A stretch of DNA of 64,000 nt from positions 744,001-808,000 of the forward strand of contig JBBPEE010000035.1 of the NCBI GenBank assembly GCA_039096935.1, written 5' to 3'. Within the stretch, counting starts at the first letter, position 1. Each line of letters starts with the position of its first letter. The notes beneath the pieces were generated by a model. It worked only from the letters and a program-made list of their open reading frames with translations. It made no database searches and was not told where the DNA came from. The translations under genes were made by a program, and so were the position numbers. Below are positions 61,701-64,000 of the stretch, piece after piece. This DNA comes from Blastocystis sp. ATCC 50177/Nand II (Eukaryota).

Positions 61701-62847
61701 TCCCTGACCCTTTTTCTCCCTCCATACAAGTGCAACCAACTTGCTTTTCTACACATAGATAGAACTCGATTTTATCTATTTTTAGAGCTACATACATGCC
61801 CGAAATCCCCACTAGCCACTTTCATAGACTATTTTGAAGTGACAAGATTTCCCCAAACTTTTTCCTTCCATTATTCGAGCCCTCTTTCAATTCTCATTTC
61901 GTGACGAAGGGTGGTTACTTCTTCGCCAAAACTGGCAATTCAACAGTTTCAAGGGTATAGATAAGATAGATAGAAGATCCTAGATCCATCTCACCACTTT
62001 GGACGAGATGATGTCGAAATTGCCGATCTGGTCGTTCTCCTTAATGAAGCCGGGTATGAAGAGAGGACCATTATAGCTATCTACTGACAAAATATGGAAA
62101 TCAGACGTCATCTATGCAATGAGAATCAGCAAAAGGCCGAAAACGGCCATATTTGAGGCAGTCTATCTCCCTGAATAGCAATCCATTCGGAAACGCAAAA
62201 TGCATTATGACATATGTAGATTGAGTTACATCTGTCGGTACGGACCAAATTGCCAAAACGCGCGATTTGCGCTGATGATTGTGCCAAACTAGCTTATCTG
62301 AGCTTAATACGATGCGTATGATCATACTATTCTTCAATATGTTCATTACTACTGGCTCCCTCTTCATATCCGGCTTCATTAAGGAGAACGACCAGATCGG
62401 CAATTTCGACATCATCTCGTCCAAAGTGGTGAGATGGATCTAGGATCTTCTATCTATCTTATCTATACCCTTGAAACTGTTGAATTGCCAGTTTTGGCGA
62501 AGAAGTAACCACCCTTCGTCACGAAATGAGAGTTGAAAGAGGGCTCGAATAATGGAAGGAAAAAGTTTGGGGAAATCTTGTCACTTCAAAATAGTCTATG
62601 AAAGTGGCTAGTGGGGATTTCGGGCATGTATGTAGCTCTAAAAATAGATAAAATCGAGTTCTATCTATGTGTAGAAAAGCAAGTTGGTTGCACTTGTATG
62701 GAGGGAGAAAAAGGGTCAGGGACAGATATATCGAAACACCCTATATATGATCATGGTAACACTGATAGGTCACAGCTCTTCCAAAGTGTAAATAACTCTC
62801 TCGACAATGAAGATAATCAACATGGGCATACGAAAGCCAATCATTAA
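55759..62847 (+). CDS. SNM1/PSO2/Artemis (DCLRE1)-like beta-CASP nuclease, multi-exon, interrupted by pogo copies 8/9 and 10 and probably the long-TIR element
   Basis: FITHFHSDHLNGL, DAHHCPGSCMFLF, LYTGDFRY, LHVDDT. Removing inserts gives WYNRS-IMGNTV and (after a 32-nt intron) NV-Y-HTNAVKES in frame. 3' end uncertain. Confidence 0.78.
56147..57868 (-). mobile_element. pogo-type transposon, copy 8
   Basis: 46-bp TIRs; TA at 56145-46 and 57869-70. Confidence 0.97.
56425..57699 (-). CDS. pogo-type DD35D transposase, intact
   Basis: Identical 424-aa ORF. Confidence 0.93.
   Translation of the reverse strand: MANLHYFFEMNRVFARSEVRNQTSPRKKFSAIKRLSGDVNCDDVDSNQLLQKKLKLSKSSYYSAVNAMKEGREVGRNGRPPYLRDVEKVEFWDWVECKSHEGNCATMKEMREYVTDIVRAKRPAVLHNRRLVSRGYIRKILGEGGLLLDKCCNSYTTKKLLSIDEASEFFALVGKVLKEYGITPDLVFNFDESWISPQDKAPRCKVAHARGDIPTKKQGNPREHYTLVGCISGAGLALPEYYIIPPRKRLAPILEKIHLDNNYIAQSAKGWMSNESLARWMRDLLIPAVNQIRGNNKDRHALIIADAHASRYDKAVERALRSENIHMVILPAKTTALLQPLDVGIYSPYKTHLKEYCKSNGIEAVLDASRNAFSDAFTRSNILQAWKRTTLLSDDHSSILAQLPEKNEERRNCRKSRLTGVKLF
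57869..58711 (-). mobile_element. pogo-type transposon, copy 9 (5' half only, fused to copy 8 at an internal TA)
   Basis: Runs from the internal site CAC-TA-TAC to the 5' TIR; truncated 224-aa ORF; TA at 58712-13. Confidence 0.95.
58912..60633 (+). mobile_element. pogo-type transposon, copy 10
   Basis: 46-bp TIRs; TA at 58910-11 and 60634-35. Confidence 0.97.
59081..60355 (+). CDS. pogo-type DD35D transposase, intact
   Basis: Identical 424-aa ORF. Confidence 0.93.
   Translation: MANLHYFFEMNRVFARSEVRNQTSPRKKFSAIKRLSGDVNCDDVDSNQLLQKKLKLSKSSYYSAVNAMKEGREVGRNGRPPYLRDVEKVEFWDWVECKSHEGNCATMKEMREYVTDIVRAKRPAVLHNRRLVSRGYIRKILGEGGLLLDKCCNSYTTKKLLSIDEASEFFALVGKVLKEYGITPDLVFNFDESWISPQDKAPRCKVAHARGDIPTKKQGNPREHYTLVGCISGAGLALPEYYIIPPRKRLAPILEKIHLDNNYIAQSAKGWMSNESLARWMRDLLIPAVNQIRGNNKDRHALIIADAHASRYDKAVERALRSENIHMVILPAKTTALLQPLDVGIYSPYKTHLKEYCKSNGIEAVLDASRNAFSDAFTRSNILQAWKRTTLLSDDHSSILAQLPEKNEERRNCRKSRLTGVKLF
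61680..62743. mobile_element. Non-autonomous long-TIR element (1,064 bp; 384-bp arms), Tc1/mariner-like ends
   Basis: Arms 61680-62063 and 62360-62743 (TAGGGTGTTTCG...), 2 mismatches seen; TA at 61678-79 and 62744-45; no credible ORF. Confidence 0.85.
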
Positions 62848-63354
62848 AAACGCTTGAAGTGATTCGTCTCTGCTACATCTATCTTGTAGGAGATACCCTT
62901 TCACAAGTAAACTGTAAGTGTCTATTCATCTGTATTGTGATAGGGTCATGTAAACACCAATCTTAGTGCATGAGTGCTTGCGCCCTCCTCTCTCGAGTAA
63001 AAGGCACGCTTGAGTAGAAACGCCCTTGTCGCGCTGAGTAACCTCGGGCTGCTGCCTAAAGGAATACTGCCTTTGCACAGCGAGTACCCCGTGGGCCTGC
63101 CGCCGGTTCCACAGTCCTGCCCCTCCAGTGTGTGCAGTCCTGCCTACTGCCCGACCCACAGCAGATCGTACGGCATGAGTACCATTCCCTCCCGTCTGCC
63201 ATAGTGCGGTTCGTGGTCTCGCCCCAAGCCAAGACCAACAGGCATCCCAAACAACACCATTTCTGGTGTTTCCTATGACTGCCTTTGACGCCTCAAGCGA
63301 GAAACCCCTCGGGACACCCAATGACCACGAAGAACACGCTATCCCCGCTGTTCT

Positions 63355-63925
63355 TGGTCTGGCGATCATCCACAAGGAGTACTTGAACGGGGAGTGTGAG
63401 GAGGCAGTGAGAGAGGTGGTACGTGCATCTGCACGATCTGCTGAGCGGGCGCATCACACTGGAGGGCTTCCTATTGTAGGTGTTGGTGGGCGGGTTCAGC
63501 TACGCGGATGTGCTGGAGTCAGTTAGCAACAGAACAGCAACGATCCTGTTCAATACGGAGCTGAAGGCGCAGTTCGAGGCGTTCTACGCGCGGCCGGACA
63601 CCTTCTCGCTGGCATTGCTGGGCATCTGCAACGGGTGCCAGCTGATGGCGCAGCTGAACTTCGTGCCGTGGAAGGGCATCGAGGAGGCGAAGCAGCCGCG
63701 CTTCATCCAGAACAAGTCAGGCCGCTTCGAGTCGCGCTTTGTGAACGTGCACGTGGAGAAGTCGAACGCCATCACGCTGCAGGGTATGGAGGGCTCCACG
63801 CTGGGCGTGTGGGTGGCGCACGGTGAGGGTCTCTGCCTCTTTACAACCACTGTGAAGGAGAAAGCGATGCTCCAGAACTGTGTGGCGCTGAAGAACGCGA
63901 ATAACGGCAATGTAACAATGGACTG
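63355..63925 (+). pseudogene. PFAS: PFAS glutaminase-domain fragment
   Basis: GGFSYADVLES, RPDTFSLALLGICNGCQL, NKSGRFESRF, LGVWVAHGEG; contains a stop and deletions. Confidence 0.88.
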
Positions 63926-64000
63926 GTTAACTCGTCTGATGTGGTCCTCGTTATGGTTGCTCTTCCCAAGGACATCACCTCCCTGTCCACGCAAGCTATG

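Overview
Eukaryotic nuclear DNA, not prokaryotic. Introns of about 26-32 nt, TGTTTGTT-type 3' motifs and compact genes suggest Blastocystis or a close relative (inference). The window is a transposon-dense accessory region. It holds 9 full and 1 half near-identical copies of a 1,722-bp pogo-type (DD35D) DNA transposon in TA sites, about a quarter of the window. A 16.7-kb CMC/EnSpm-like element (19821-36502; 17-bp TIRs, ATA TSD) has a very large transposase split by a foldback-type MULE (26172-30439; 9-bp TSD), whose left TIR is in turn split by a pogo copy. A second foldback MULE-like unit (37648-48548) has 20-bp tandem arrays in its TIRs, an apparently intact spliced transposase and internal PFAS fragments. 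Also present: a Harbinger pseudogene, older pogo relics, a 1,064-bp long-TIR non-autonomous element and a possible decayed LTR relic. Host genes include a SAMHD1-like HD protein, two SNM1/Artemis-like genes, a glycosyltransferase cluster with a 692-bp apparent gene-conversion tract, and an LRR protein. Several are split by insertions whose removal restores the reading frame. Exon structures and family calls were made by eye from motifs; no database searches were run.
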